NCBI RefSeq assembly: GCF_000143415.4
Contig: NW_003314278.1
Coordinates: forward strand, 2,314,408 to 2,378,407
DNA length: 64,000 bases
Source: Selaginella moellendorffii
Taxonomy: Eukaryota > Plantae > Lycopodiophyta
Reading direction: 5' to 3'
Numbering within the stretch: position 1 is the first letter of the stretch; each line of letters opens with the position of its first letter. Shown here one piece after another: positions 38,492 to 51,957 of this stretch. The notes beneath the pieces were generated by a model, which did not search any database, had not been told where the DNA came from, and saw nothing but the letters and a program-made list of their open reading frames with translations. Position numbers and translations under genes: made by a program.

Positions 38492-40830
38492 ATGGCCCGG
38501 TAAGCGTGTGGATGGATCGAAAGAGCGTCAGCGCCCGAAAGATCATCCGGCAGCTGGCCAAGAATCCAGAGTTTGTAGCGAGCGGACTTCCATCGCCGCC
38601 GGCGGGATCTCCGCTGCCGCTCAGCGTCTCGCCGGCGGCGGACAGTCTAGGGGCATTCGCGTCCGCCGACGATGAGATCTCGTCACCAGGTAGCGTCAGT
38701 GTGCGTCTGTCGGAATTCATAGGAAGTAGGAGGAACCGAAGGGGGAGGAGGAATTCGCGGCCGATGAGCGATGAGAAGAACGAGGATCTTCGCGATTTTG
38801 GGGAAGTATTTGTCCAGGATTTAGAGGAGGATAGAATTGTGGTAGACAGCGGTGCGAGCAGCAGCGGCAATGCGCATGGGATTTTTGCTAGTGATGATAC
38901 CGGGCGGCCCGAGCTCGAGGATTTGGAAACTATGATGCTGCGAAAACTTTTGGAGCAAGATAAGACGGAGGCGGCCAGTGCCATTGCTGATGACAAGATT
39001 TCTCAAAACAAGCAAGAACAAGACGACGAAGTAAGTTCTTTACTTTTCTTTTCTTTTCTCTTGCAGTTGGCTGATGTGAGGACGTAGATTTTGGCCTTGG
39101 AAGCTATCTATGAAGGAAGTTTCAAGCACCTGAGCAAGGAAAGCGATGGTGATCTTCGCTGCTTCATGGTAAAGTCTATCCTTTTGTTCTAGCTTGCTAT
39201 ATACTATCTCTTCGTGACAGATAGAGGTCACGCTGGAAGCCTTCGAGAGCATCGAGATTTCTATGGAACGTCCATTGCCTTCTTCTGGAGCAACTAATCG
39301 GCACAGCTTTACGCTACAGTACCTCCCACCGATTCATCTGGCCTTCCTTCTTCCGAGCACATATCCATCACACTCTCGTCCACCTTTTGTACTTCATGCT
39401 CAGTGGCTCTCTGCGGACAGGCTTATTCGCCTCAGCGATAAGCTGCTGGAGATTTGGGAGGATCAAAAGGGGGAGGTCGTGGTCTATCCCTGGACGGAGT
39501 TTCTCCACTCTCAAGCTTTGAGCGCCATTGGAGCCTTCGAGAAACTAGAGCTGGTTCAACAGCCGCTCAAGCTTCACGATCCAAGAGTTATCTCTGGATG
39601 CAACTCACTCGACGAGGATGCGCTCTCCCTTCTTCGCTACAACGAGGAGATGCAACTCAGTACGTTTCTCAGTTCCATCCATCTCTGCACCATTTGTTTC
39701 GAAGAATCCACTGGTGAGCATTCTTACGTTGAAGTTTTATTCTTCTTTGACGAAAAGGTCTCATTGCAGGAAGAGAATTTATAAAGCTTCCCTGCCAACA
39801 TGCTTACTGCCGAAAATGCATGCAGCAGTACATGTCAGTTCACGTCACCGATGGCTCCATCAACAGCTTGAAGTGTCCGGATTGTAAGGGAGGCATTCCA
39901 CCATCTGCGCTGAAAGAGCTTCTTTCCGAGGAGGATTTTGAACGATGGGAGAAGCTGTGCCTGCAGAAAACGCTGGACGCGATGAGCGACATTGTCTACT
40001 GTCCTCGCTGTGGTGCAGCATGCATTGAAGAGGGAGATCATGACGCACAATGCAGCCGATGTTTCTTCAGTTTCTGTAGCCTCTGCAGAGCGGCAAGGCA
40101 CGTCGGTCAGGAATGCCTCACTCCAGAGGCTCGCTTGTTAATCCTTCGCGTAAGTTTGACAATCTCCCTCTCTCTCTGGTGCCACCATCACATTTGTGTT
40201 ACTCTACTCTTGCAGGATCGAGGTTCCCTTTCAGAAGACCAGCGGAAGCGGGAAGAAAACCTGGTGAACGAGCTCAAAAATCTCGACTTTGTCAAGAAGG
40301 ACGCCAAACCGTGTCCAACGTGCGGCATGGCCATCTCCAAGTCCGCGGGCTGCAACAAAATGACTTGCTCCAACTGTGGTCAGTACTTTTGCTTCAAATG
40401 CGGGAAGCGGATCGATGGCTATCTTCACTTCAGGTGAAACTTCTTCGGTGGAGTCGAGCTTTCGAGTGACGAACTCTTTCTGGTTTTTGCAGCAATTCGT
40501 GCACTCTTTTCGACGATGACGACAGAGGGGAGAATGCGCAGCTTTGGCAGCTGGTTCAGCAGCAGGAACAGCGTCAGCAGCAGCGGCAAGAAGCCATAAG
40601 GTTTGGAAAGCCTTGTCCTTCGTGTGGCCAGCCAAACGTGAAGGTATCTCTCGTTGGTTATTTTCCTTCTTTCGATGTCTCGAGGATTCTGGCAGGTTGG
40701 AAACAACAATCACATATTTTGTATGAGCTGCCAAAACCATTACTGTGGCCAATGCCACAAATTAGTGCGAAAATCTTCGGAACACTTCGGGCCCAACAAG
40801 TGTAAGCAGCACTCCGTCGAGCCCAGATGA
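38492..40830 (+). CDS. RBR E3 ubiquitin ligase, RNF14-like (RWD-RING1-IBR-RING2)
   Basis: RWD (LQYLPPIHL...YPSHSRP...WL), RING1 CTICF...LPCQHAYCRKC...CPDC, IBR YCPRC...CSRCFFSFCSLC...H, RING2 KPCPTC...GCNKMTC...FCFKC. Start inferred as ATGGCCCG|intron|GAGGAAC. Confidence 0.9.
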
Positions 40831-43734
40831 TTGAACGAACTCGCCAAAAACAAACATGAAGAGCTATGTTACAACCAAATGAGATTTGTCAAAAATCTTC
40901 TTGGCCGGAGGAAGCTTATACGACTAAAATCTTCACGCATGGGTCACGTCCTTCAAGCTTCGCTTTTTAGAGGGCGAAGTTCCGTACAAGGATCCAGAAG
41001 AATATACTACTAATGTTTCGATCCGATGTAAGTCCTCCGTACGATCGTCCCACAAGCAACATCCCAAGCAACGACAAAGGAAGCGTTCTACAAAAGAAGC
41101 GGGCAAGGAAGATCGCCATAGCTCCACGGGAATTGTGCGAGAGTGTGTCTTCGGCAGTAAGCTCTAATCGAGTCCTCGCGAGCGAATGCGTCCAATCAAG
41201 CCATCAGCGAACCTCTTCAATCGACCGACCGACCCGACGGAAACCACACGCGGGCAACGCCATGTCTTCAAATCTGCCGGACAGTCCAAGCAAGGAGAAT
41301 CAACCAACACACAGCATCAAGACGCACATAGAAGCTCGTGTACAAGATCGAGAAGCACGAAGATGAGCAAGCCATCCACACCCTTTTGCGCTCCACCTTC
41401 CTCCTGCGATCGCGGCACAATGGGAACAATGCCAAACGCAAGTTCAAGACCAAGATCTCAAAGAACAGGGGCTTCTTGCTGGCATCTCGAACGTCACGTC
41501 CGAAACGTCTTCACGCCCGCAAGCTGCTCCCCACACCAAAGCGCGCCGACGCCATAGCCAAGCTTCCCACCAACGGCTCCACAATTTTAAAAACCACTGC
41601 CCCCCTCAATCAAGAGCAGCTTGGAAAAATTGACTTGTCATCTTCACACAACACCGCCATGCGCTACCACCACTGCGGCATTGCCACGGCAAACGGCACG
41701 ACCTCTTCACTCCAGCGATGGTTGCAACACCAGATGGAGCAATTTCACCACCCCGCCACAGCTTACCATTGAGAATTCTCGGGCAAATACATTAGCACGA
41801 CTAACGTCACTACACATCGAATATCTTCCTACCGCCCAGTGCCACCCAAGCATGCAAGACCAACACAAGAACAACTGAAAAATCAAGAAGCTCTCCTGCA
41901 AGATTGAAGCATGTCAAGTGCGATATCAAATAGACAAGATCAAAGAGCACCGTCTACGGGACCCGGTGGAGTTTGCGTTATGGTTCTCGGGGCTGCTGCT
42001 GGTAATAATGACCCAAAACAGGATTTTGGAGGCAAGATGAATGTAATCTTGTGAGATCGTGCTTGACATGCGAGACCAGCTTGCGGGCTTGAAGCGAGAG
42101 ATGTAGTTGCATCCGAGGATTGACCACGTCCTCAAAGAGTGTCAAGACCATGAGCTAGTCCACTTCAGCTTCCTTAGCCAGCCGCAACACAAGCTCAACA
42201 CAAGCTCCCGGCAAGACAAAGCCCTACAAGATTAATTGCCAGCTGCAACAAGACCTCATCCCAAGCTACACTGCTCATTGGCAACCAGATCTAGCAAGCC
42301 CACGCCTCTCACAACTTGGATGCTGTCCCTTGTCATGGGTTTTCACGAGACTTAAAGACACTATCTGATAGCAAATGTTTTGAAAACCGACGTCGAGTAA
42401 TCTGGAGTAGCCAACATGGCGAAGTCATAAGATCATGCATACGAGCCTTTGCCAGCCAGGAAGTCGTGAAGCTCGCGTATGTGGCTCTGATCGGTCTATG
42501 GCGCTACTGTGAGAACATCTGCATGGACAGCGAAGCCGACACTTCGATTTTCTAGCCCGCAGCTGCGATGCAAGAACGGATTTTCTGGCGGCTTCGATGA
42601 GACCTCCAAAGATGTGGCCATCCAGTCCGTCTTTGCGTCGAACAATTCTGAGGCAGTATCCTGGGACTGAGCAAGAGCTGGTCGAGAACCGGATTTTTCG
42701 AGCCGGAACGGGCCTGAAGAATCAAGGGATGATCAGCATCACAACCCGAGCTTGGACGACGCTCCGCGATGTGCTGTGGGCAATGGGAATCTTCCTTCAA
42801 GAGAAGACAACTCCCCAAGCAAAGAACGAAGTTGACACTGAACAAGATATCTTTAAACAACTAGTCCGGTCGGCTGATGTCCCTTCGTTGCTCGTCGGAA
42901 GCTCTTCCGCGGACAAAGCACAAGGGAGAAGGACTCTGGTCTAACACATGGCCACCATCACCTTCCTATTAGAGTTATGCTAAGTTGCTACTTAAGCTCA
43001 ATTTGTCACCAACTAGCCAAAACCACAAGCCGAGACTACTCTTGCCGTCCAGTCCAACGCTGCGACACTATGCCAAAGTCAGGAGCGTAGAAGCTATGGA
43101 ACAAAGGACATGCAAGCTAAAACAAAAAAGAAAAGCAAAGGCCTAAGGGCAAGACGGAGTGCATCACTTCTAGAGCGACGAGTATGAAGACTTGAAGAAG
43201 CTGCACAAGACCGAGCTCAGGTTAGTGACGCTTGCGCAGAGCGCCCTTGACGAAAAGCTGAAACAATGGTAGCAAAGGATTGCGAAGAACTGAACCCGGC
43301 ATGGACCAGACCCAACATTCAACGTGGAATTGGCACGCCATCGAAAGATGCCACATAGGAAGCCACAGGCTCATGATGGAGCTAGGTCGCTGCAACAAAA
43401 TTCCACGAAATCTACAAATCTGCCCGGTGTGCGCTGGAAAATAGAAACAGTAACACATGCACTCAAGCCTTGCCCTGCCTACATATCGACTGGGCCGAAG
43501 AAAGAAACACACTCAATTCGCCAACAAAGCAACAACTTCCCACCTCGCTCCATTATATGCGCTGCGCGCATTCAGAGGCCTCGAACGAGAGATGTAGGCA
43601 GGGCAAGTGCGAAGGAGAACGAGGACGATGAAGAAGCGGACGACGCAAACTTGCATCCATCCATCTCATGCTGCAAGATGAACAGCATATAGACGTGAAG
43701 TATAAAGGAGGTATTCCACCTTATAATGCTTCTT

Positions 43735-44432
43735 CAGAGCCGCAAGGCACTGTCAGGAATGCCTCACTCCAGAGGCTCGCTTGTTAATCCTTCGCGTAAG
43801 TTTGACAATCCCTCTCTTTGTTGCCACGGTCACATTTATATTACTCTAATTGCAGGCTCGACGCTCCCGAGTTTCAGAAGACCAGCGGAGGCGGGAAGAA
43901 AACCCGGTGAACGAGCTCAAAAATCTCGACTTTGTCAAGAAGGACGCCAAACCGTGTCCAACGTGCGGCATGGCCATCTCCAAGTCCGCGGGCTGCAACA
44001 AAATGACTTGCTCCAGCTGTGGTCAGTACTTTTGCTTCAAATGCGGGAAGCGGATCGATGGCTATCTTCACTTCGGGTGAAATTTCTTCGGAGTTTTTTG
44101 TGGAGTCGGGCTTTCGAGTGACGAACTCTTTCTGCTGGCTTGTGCACTCTTTTCGATGATAACGACAGAGGGGAGAATGCGGAGCTTTGGCAGCTGGTTT
44201 AGCAGCAGGACAAGAAGCCATAAGGTTTGAAAATCCTTGTCCTTCCTGTGGCGTCAAGGTATCTCTCGTTGGTTATTTTTCTGATTTCAATTTCTCAGGT
44301 TGAAAACAACAATCACATATTTCATATGAGCTGCCAAAACCATTACTGTGGCCAGTGACACCAAATAGTGCGAAAATCTTCGGAACACTTCGGGCCCAAC
44401 AAGTGTAAGCAGCACTCCGTTGACCCCAGATG
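43735..44432 (+). pseudogene. Truncated 3' copy of the RBR gene (RING2 region)
   Basis: KDAKPCPTCGMAISKSAGCNKMTC retained. RWD, RING1 and IBR are absent, and the splice acceptor after ...HF is deleted. Confidence 0.8.
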
Positions 44433-45196
44433 ATAGTACGAACTCGCCAAAAACAAACATGTTACAAATGATCACCAGATTTGTCAAAAATCTTCTCGGC
44501 CGGACGAAGCTTATACGGGGACTTTGACGACTAAAATCTTCACGCATGGGTCTTTGATGTTGTGTGGTGTGAGCAAAGTTCCGTACAAGGATCCATAAGA
44601 ATATACTACTAATGTTTCGTACAAGCGCGAGCGTGATGTAAGTTCTCCGTACTCATGCCCCAAGCAACGAGAAAGGAAGCGTTCTACAAAAGAAGCGAAC
44701 AAGGAAGATCGCCATAGCTCCACGGGAATTGGGCGAGAGTGTGTCTTCGGCAGTAAGCTCTAATCGAGTCCTCGCGAGCGAATGCGTCCAATCACAGCAA
44801 TCGACCGACCGACCCGACGGAAATCACACTCGAGCAACGCCATGTCTTCAAATCTGCCAGGTCGCGTCTTCACGCCCGCAAGCTGCTCTCCACACCAAAG
44901 CGCAGCTACAAACAGCCGCTCAATCAAGCAACTTCAGAGCAGCTTGGAAAAATTAACTTGTCATCTTCACACAACATCGCCAACTGCGGCATTGCCACGG
45001 CAAACGGCACGACCTCTTCACTCCCAGCGATGGTTGCAACGCCAGATGGAGCAATTTTACCACCCCGCCACAGCTTACCATTGAGAATTCTCCTACCCAA
45101 AGCTCTTCACACGGCCATCACTTATCGCAGCTACGAGGGCAAATACATTAGCACTACTAACGTCACTACACATCGAATATCTTCCTACCGCCCATG

Positions 45197-45526
45197 NNNN
45201 NNNNNNNNNNNNNNNNNNNNNNNNNNNNNNNNNNNNNNNNNNNNNNNNNNNNNNNNNNNNNNNNNNNNNNNNNNNNNNNNNNNNNNNNNNNNNNNNNNNN
45301 NNNNNNNNNNNNNNNNNNNNNNNNNNNNNNNNNNNNNNNNNNNNNNNNNNNNNNNNNNNNNNNNNNNNNNNNNNNNNNNNNNNNNNNNNNNNNNNNNNNN
45401 NNNNNNNNNNNNNNNNNNNNNNNNNNNNNNNNNNNNNNNNNNNNNNNNNNNNNNNNNNNNNNNNNNNNNNNNNNNNNNNNNNNNNNNNNNNNNNNNNNNN
45501 NNNNNNNNNNNNNNNNNNNNNNNNNN
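45197..45526. other. Assembly gap (330 N)
   Basis: N run. Confidence 1.
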
Positions 45527-47258
45527 GTTGATCTCACCACACAGCTCCACGTCCTCGAGTCCTCAAACAGAACACGTCCTTGAGACAGTCCACTTCAGCT
45601 TCCTTAGCCAGCCGCAACACAAGCTCAACACAAGCTCCCGGCAAGACAAAGCCCTACAAGATTAATTGCCAGCCGCGACAAGACCCCCAAGCTTCTTCAA
45701 TCACCGAGTTTCCAACAGTTTCAAACGTCGCCATCTCGTCTTGCTACAATGCAAGAGGACGTCACCGCCCAGCGCCACCTCAGCACCTTACTGCCCTTGC
45801 GAAAGATCGACGCATGCCAAGAACAAGATTAAGGCACCCAGATCAAGGAGCTATTGTGCGAGATCGACGCAAGAGCAAGCAAGACTGCGGTATGAAGTGC
45901 ACAAGCCCACGAAGAGAAGAACACGTCCACAAACAAGATTCCACAAATGGAACCCTCGTCCTTGGTCCTCAAGAGCAAGACGCAAGCTACACTGCTCATT
46001 GGCAACCAGATCTAGCAAGCCCACGCCTCTCACAACGTGGACGAAGACATGGATGCTGTCCTTTGTCATCGAGACTTAAAGACACTATCTGATAGCAAAT
46101 GTTTTGAAAACGTAAGCTGGAGTAGCCAACGTTGGCGTCTTCGTCGAGACGTTCCTGAGCGGTCAAGGACGACACGGCGAAGTCGAGAGTGAAGTCAGAA
46201 GATCATACATACGAGCCTTTGCCAGCCAGGAAGTCGTGAAGCTCGCGCATATGGCTCTGATCGAGATCTTCAAAGGGGGACAGCGAAGCCGACACTTCGA
46301 TTTTCTAGCCCGCAGCTGCGATGCAAGAACGGATTTTCTGGCGGCTTCGACGAGACCTCCAAAGATGTGGTCATCCAGTTCGTCTCTGCGTCGAACCATT
46401 CTGAGGCAGTATCCTGGGACTGAGCCGAGAACCGGAATTTTCGAGCCGGACAGGGCCTGAAGAATCAAGGGATGATCAGCATCACAAGTCTTACACGGCC
46501 CGAGCTTGGACGACGCTCCACGATGTGTTGTGGGCAATGGGAATCCTCCTCCCAAGCGAAGAAACCAAGTCAAGAGAAGACAACTCCCCAAGCAAAGAAT
46601 GAACAAGATACCTTTAAACAACTAGTCCGGTCGGCTGATGTCCCTTCGTTTCTCGTCGGAAGCTCTTCCACAGACAAAGCAAGAAGGACTCTGGTCTAAC
46701 ACATGGCCACCATCACCTTCCTATTAGAGGTTTGTCAAGTTGCTCACTAAGACTACTCCTGCCGCCCAGTCCAACTCTGCGACACTATGCCAAAGTCAGG
46801 AGCGTAGAAGCTATGGAACAAAGGACATGCAAGAACAAAAAAGAAAAGCAAAGGCCTAAGGGCAAGACAAGTATATCACTTCTAGAGCGACGAGTATGAA
46901 GATTACGCAGAGCGCCCTTGACGAAAAACAATGGTAGCAAAGGATTGCGAAGAACTGAACCCGGCAGATAATAGAAACAGTAACACATGCACTCAAGCCT
47001 TGCCCTGCCTACATATCGACTGGGCCAAAGAAAGCAACACTTCGCCAACAAAGCAACAACTTCCCACCTCGCTCCATTATATGCGCTGCGCGCATTCAGA
47101 GGCCTCGAACGAGAGATGTAGGCAGGGCAAGTGCGAAGGAGAACGAGGACGATGAAGAAGCGGACGACGCAAACTTGCATCCATCCATCTCATGCTGCAA
47201 GATGAACAGCATATAGACGTGAAGTATAAAGGAGGTATTCCACCTTATAATGCTTCTT

Positions 47259-48040
47259 CAGAGCCGCAAGGCACTGTCAGGAATGCCTCACTCCAGAGGC
47301 TCGCTTGTTAATCCTTCGCGTAAGTTTGACAATCCCTCTCTTTGTTGCCACGGTCACATTTATATTACTCTAATTGCAGGCTCGACGCTCCCGAGTTTCA
47401 GAAGACCAGCGGAGGCGGGAAGAAAACCCGGTGAACGAGCTCAAAAATCTCGACTTTGTCAAGAAGGACGCCAAACCGTGTCCAACGTGCGGCATGGCCA
47501 TCTCCAAGTCCGCGGGCTGCAACAAAATGACTTGCTCCAGCTGTGGTCAGTACTTTTGCTTCAAATGCGGGAAGCGGATCGATGGCTATCTTCACTTCGG
47601 GTGAAATTTCTTCGGAGTTTTTTGTGGAGTCGGGCTTTCGAGTGACGAACTCTTTCTGCTGGCTTGTGCACTCTTTTCGATGATAACGACAGAGGGGAGA
47701 ATGCGGAGCTTTGGCAGCTGGTTTAGCAGCAGGACAAGAAGCCATAAGGTTTGAAAATCCTTGTCCTTCCTGTGGCGTCAAGGTATCTCTCGTTGGTTAT
47801 TTTTCTGNNNNNNNNNNNNNNNNNNNNNNNNNNNNNNNNNNNNNNNNNNNNNNNNNNNNNNNNNNNNNNNNNNNNNNNNNNNNNNNNNNNNNNNNNNNNN
47901 NNNNNNNTCAGGTTGAAAACAACAATCACATATTCATATGAGCTGCCAAAACCATTACTGTGGCCAGTGACACCAAATAGTGCGAAAATCGTCGGAACAC
48001 TTCGGGCTCAAACAAGCAGCACTCCGTTGACCCCAGATGA
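47259..48040 (+). pseudogene. Second truncated 3' copy of the RBR gene
   Basis: Identical to the previous fragment up to the N gap, with extra small deletions after it. Confidence 0.78.
47808..47907. other. Assembly gap (100 N)
   Basis: N run. Confidence 1.
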
Positions 48041-49106
48041 TAGTACGAACTCGCGGGAGCTATGTTACAATCAAATGAGGATACTGTCTTCGAACAGGCA
48101 AATACAGTCTCTACTGGGAAAGCTCGTGTATGATCACCGGATTTGTCAAAATCTCCTTGGCAGGAAGCTTATACGCGGCCTATGACGACCAAAATCTTCA
48201 CATGACCTCGCATTTTTTGGTGGGTCATGTCCTTCGAAGATTTTTTCAGCCGTAGATGGTGTGTGATCTAATTTCTCGCAACAATTTTTCATGTAACATT
48301 GAGTTTGGCAACAAAAAATCCATGCGTGCATCCAAGGCTACTTTCGAAACTTTTGCACCAAAGGATCACCCATGCACAACTTTTGCCAGATAATTCACAA
48401 AGGCCACACATCCACTGCCACAAACACAAATAGAAAGGACGATCGCCGTACAAGAAGCACAAAAGAATATACCACGGCAAGGAATATGCTCTGGGATATG
48501 CTCTCTCCAGTACGTGCGAGGCAACAGTGGTGATGTGTGGTACCCGGATGGCGATGGCGACCCCCGGCGATTCGTGAGCTAAGCCTATCCATGGAGGAGA
48601 GGAATGCGTGGGCAGTAAACCACTTCTTCTTCCTCGCCTCGCCTTGTTCTTCTTCTTCTTCTTCCTCCTCGCGTCGCCCACCATTTCTAGGGCAGAGTGT
48701 TACGGAACGGACGAATCGATGGCGCGGAGGAGGAAATCTCAGTTTTGCCACGCCTGGATGCAGTGAGAAAGAGCTCCATCCTCTGTTTGGCCGCTAGCGC
48801 TTGGACTCATCTCCCTTCCGGGAAGAAATTCTTTTCCTTTTGTCCAAAATCGGCGAGAAAATGCGCCCCCGCGGGCGAGCGCTCTGTTCCTCCTGCCGCT
48901 CCTGCCGCCACTGCTGCTGCCGCGAATCGATCGGTCAAGGTATCTTTTCTATCCATCCAGATTCCAATGTAGGACGCGACCGTAGCTTCCTTCCACCAGG
49001 GCTTATATTTTTTCGTTTTGGATGCTGTTCTTGGCAGGGGGAGGAAGATGGTTGAATCGGGGATGAGAGATCGGCGCTGCTACATTGCCAGGGCTTGGAT
49101 TTTGTC

Positions 49107-50864
49107 ATGGGTTCCTCCTCGCCACAAAAGCCAGCATCGGCGGCGGCGGGGGCAGCAGTAGCTCCGCCACCAGCGCCGTCAAACTTTGGCGATTTCGTGC
49201 AGCGATTCGCATGGGCGTGCTTGCTCCGCCCGGGAGGAGTGAAGATGGCGCTCAAGGACGACGAGGATAGCGGCGGCGCTGAGTCGTCGGAGTCCTCGGA
49301 GGATCAGTGGGTTAGCGGCGGCAAGGCTCGGAGCGGCGGCGGCGGCGGCGCTACTGGCGGTGGTGGCGGCGGCGCCAAGCTTAGCAGTAAGAGCAAGAGC
49401 AGCTCTTTCAAGGAGACCAAGGAGGAGGACAACGATCACGACTCCTTCCACGAGGCGGAGTGGGAGTCCACCGCGTCCGCGGCGACGTCCGCCGCGCGGA
49501 TCCACGCCCTGGAGTCGGCCATCGGCGAGGTGTTTGCCACTGTCTCGGCGCTCAAGTCGGCCTACATCCAGCTCCAGGCGGCGCACTCGCCCTTCGATCC
49601 CGAGAAGCTCCGCCTGGCGGACAAGGCCGTCATCCAGGAGCTCCGCCGCCTCTCGGAGATGAAGCACGGCTTCCGCGACCAACAGCGCTTGCGGGATTCG
49701 TCCTCGACGCTCCACCAGCACCTCCACCAGCACCACTACCACAATGGGCGGCAGCAGCAGAGCCTCGAGGAGCACAACGAGGAGCTCCGCCGGAAGATCC
49801 AGGAGCTGGCCACCGCCGCGGGGATCAAGCAGCGCGCCATGGAAACGTACGAGGCGAGAGTCCGCGCGTGCGAGGCGGAGATTGAGCAGCAGAGGCTGGA
49901 GATCGACGAGCTCAACGACAATCTCGCGCGCGCGGTGGCGCGGCGGGAGAAGCTGGAGCGCCGGCTACGCAAGTGTGAGCAGCGATCGTCCGCCAATCAC
50001 CACCACCACCATCACCATCGCCAGGGGATTGGATTGAGCTCCTCTGGAGGATCGCCATCGATCCTCGAGGGCAGCGGCGGTGGCGGGGGGCTCCTCAGCT
50101 CCATCGACGCATCGCCCACGACCCAGATCTTCGAGGTGGCGGTCCAGAACGCGCGGGAATCGGCGCTCGCGTTCAGCAAGCTCCTGGTGAGCCTGATGCG
50201 CGGCGTGCAGTGGGATCTGGAGGCGGCGGCGGAGTCGATCGAGGCGGGGATCGGATACGCCCGCCCCGCCCACCGCCGATTCGCCTTCGAGTCCTACGTG
50301 TGCCACCGGATCTTCTGCGGCTTCGAGAACGAGAACTTCTACATCAATGGCAGCCTCTCCTCCATCCTCGACCCCGTAAAGCACCGCGCCGAGTGCTTCC
50401 GCCAGTTCCGGGACATGCGCGCCGTCGATCCCGCGGATCTGCTGGGCATTACGCCGGAATGCCTGTTTGGGAAATTCTGCCACAGAAAGTACCTCCAGAT
50501 CGTGCACGAGAAGATGGAGGAGAGCTTCTTTGGCGGGTTTGAGCAGCACCGCGACGTGATTCTGGGCGGGGGCCATCCACGGACGAGATTCTACCAGAGC
50601 TTCCTGCGCTTCGCCAAGGCGGTGTGGCTCGTCCATCGCCTCGCGTTTTCGTTCGAGCCGACGGCCACGATCTTCCAGGTGAAGAGAGGTACCGAGTTCG
50701 ATCCCGCCTTCATGGAGAGCGCCGCGAGAAATGTGAGGATGAGTGATGACGACGATGGCGTGAGGCCGCGCGTGGGTTTCACTGTCATGCCGGGTTTTCG
50801 TGTCGATAAGTGGATTGTCAAGTGCCATGTCTACCTGGATGGCATGGTCGCCTCCGAGGATTGA
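49107..50864 (+). CDS. DUF641 protein (GIL1/IRKI-like coiled-coil)
   Basis: FATVSALKSAYIQLQAAHSPFDPEKLRLADKAVIQELRRLSEMK, WDLEAAA, FGKFCHRKYL, AKAVWLVHRLAFSF, VGFTVMPGFRV...KCHVYL. Intronless CDS with a 5'UTR intron at ~48940-49037. Confidence 0.9.
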   Translation: MGSSSPQKPASAAAGAAVAPPPAPSNFGDFVQRFAWACLLRPGGVKMALKDDEDSGGAESSESSEDQWVSGGKARSGGGGGATGGGGGGAKLSSKSKSSSFKETKEEDNDHDSFHEAEWESTASAATSAARIHALESAIGEVFATVSALKSAYIQLQAAHSPFDPEKLRLADKAVIQELRRLSEMKHGFRDQQRLRDSSSTLHQHLHQHHYHNGRQQQSLEEHNEELRRKIQELATAAGIKQRAMETYEARVRACEAEIEQQRLEIDELNDNLARAVARREKLERRLRKCEQRSSANHHHHHHHRQGIGLSSSGGSPSILEGSGGGGGLLSSIDASPTTQIFEVAVQNARESALAFSKLLVSLMRGVQWDLEAAAESIEAGIGYARPAHRRFAFESYVCHRIFCGFENENFYINGSLSSILDPVKHRAECFRQFRDMRAVDPADLLGITPECLFGKFCHRKYLQIVHEKMEESFFGGFEQHRDVILGGGHPRTRFYQSFLRFAKAVWLVHRLAFSFEPTATIFQVKRGTEFDPAFMESAARNVRMSDDDDGVRPRVGFTVMPGFRVDKWIVKCHVYLDGMVASED

Positions 50865-51957
50865 CGAGAGATCTTTCTTTTGACTAGAAATCTAGCTGCG
50901 ATCGCGATCAAAGTTTTATAGAAGATCAAGAAATCTCTATGGCTTTACAACTTTGGAGTGGAGATAATTGATATAGCTCCAACAGTGGATTTTCTTAAAG
51001 TACATAGACACAAGTTTTATACAAATCTGGACAATGTCTAAAGAATTTTATCGCTCGAGCTTTGGATTTTCGATAAGTCTGCGGACATCCAAGGTGTGTA
51101 TCTCTCGAGCTTTGCCTTTGGCGTTTTCTTTGATATTTTTCTTTCATGGCTGGCTGTGTGCGTTCCATAAAGCTCCTGGCAGAAGTGGCACATGCCCCGT
51201 TTTATTTTTGCTCGCGCAGACTTCAACGCTTGCCTGCTAAAAGTGCCAAGTGTTTTTCGCGTCATTGATTTCACGGAGCAAGCGGACAGACGCCAACTTC
51301 TCAGGCGTCGTTTGCTTCTGCTGTTCTCGTCGGCGAGAGGTCGTCTCTTTTCCTAGAATCGACACAAGAATTCATTAGCCTGTTGGAAAGCAGTAGTAAT
51401 AAGCATGACCTGTGGAGTGGCAGCAGCAGTGGTAGCAGCAGCAGGCACGGGAGAGGCTGTTACACCTGTTACAAAACCAGAAAACGCGCCTCTGCCTCGT
51501 CGCATAAACTCGATCAGGAAAAAATGAAGAAAAAGGAATTTGGATCACTACATACTTGGAAGCTGGAGTGATGAGCTACACAAGTGTCTGGTGATGATGA
51601 AGATGAAGCTCAGGAAACATAGATAGTTATCTGTAGACGTCCCAAAAGCAAGCAGATAGTTTGGAGCAGAAAGACTATGGCGGGCGAGGCAGAGGCGAGA
51701 TGAATTTGCAGATAACTTTCAGAAGTTTGCAGATCATGACGAGGAGGCAGTACAATTGGAGATGAATAACGAGGAAGCAGACGTGCAGAACTCGTCATAC
51801 CTCGGAGCACAAAGACCAAATGAGTTTATCTCGAAACGAGAAAAGAAAGAAAAAACCGTAAACATACAACTTAGTTCTTACATGAAATCCACAAGGAAGA
51901 GATAACTTAACCCACAGCAGCAGCCTCCCCTCGTCCCGTTGTTTTTCGCAAAAGTTC

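Larger units (their letters stand above)
40083..48200. repeat. Tandem repeat of a ~3.5-3.65 kb unit (about 2.3 copies) beginning within the RBR gene
   Basis: 43726-44121 and 47250-47645 give identical ORFs (offset 3524). 40830-41280 matches 44430-44860, and 42150-43720 matches 45590-47250. Confidence 0.9.

Noticed and set aside
44958-45665. ORFs of 120-235 aa
   Set aside because: Artifacts of translating through the N gap.
40083-48200. CRISPR array or intact transposon
   Set aside because: Eukaryotic context, kb-scale units, and no transposase, RT or integrase motifs recognised.
49179-50828. Multiple overlapping ORFs on both strands
   Set aside because: Shadows of the high-GC DUF641 CDS.
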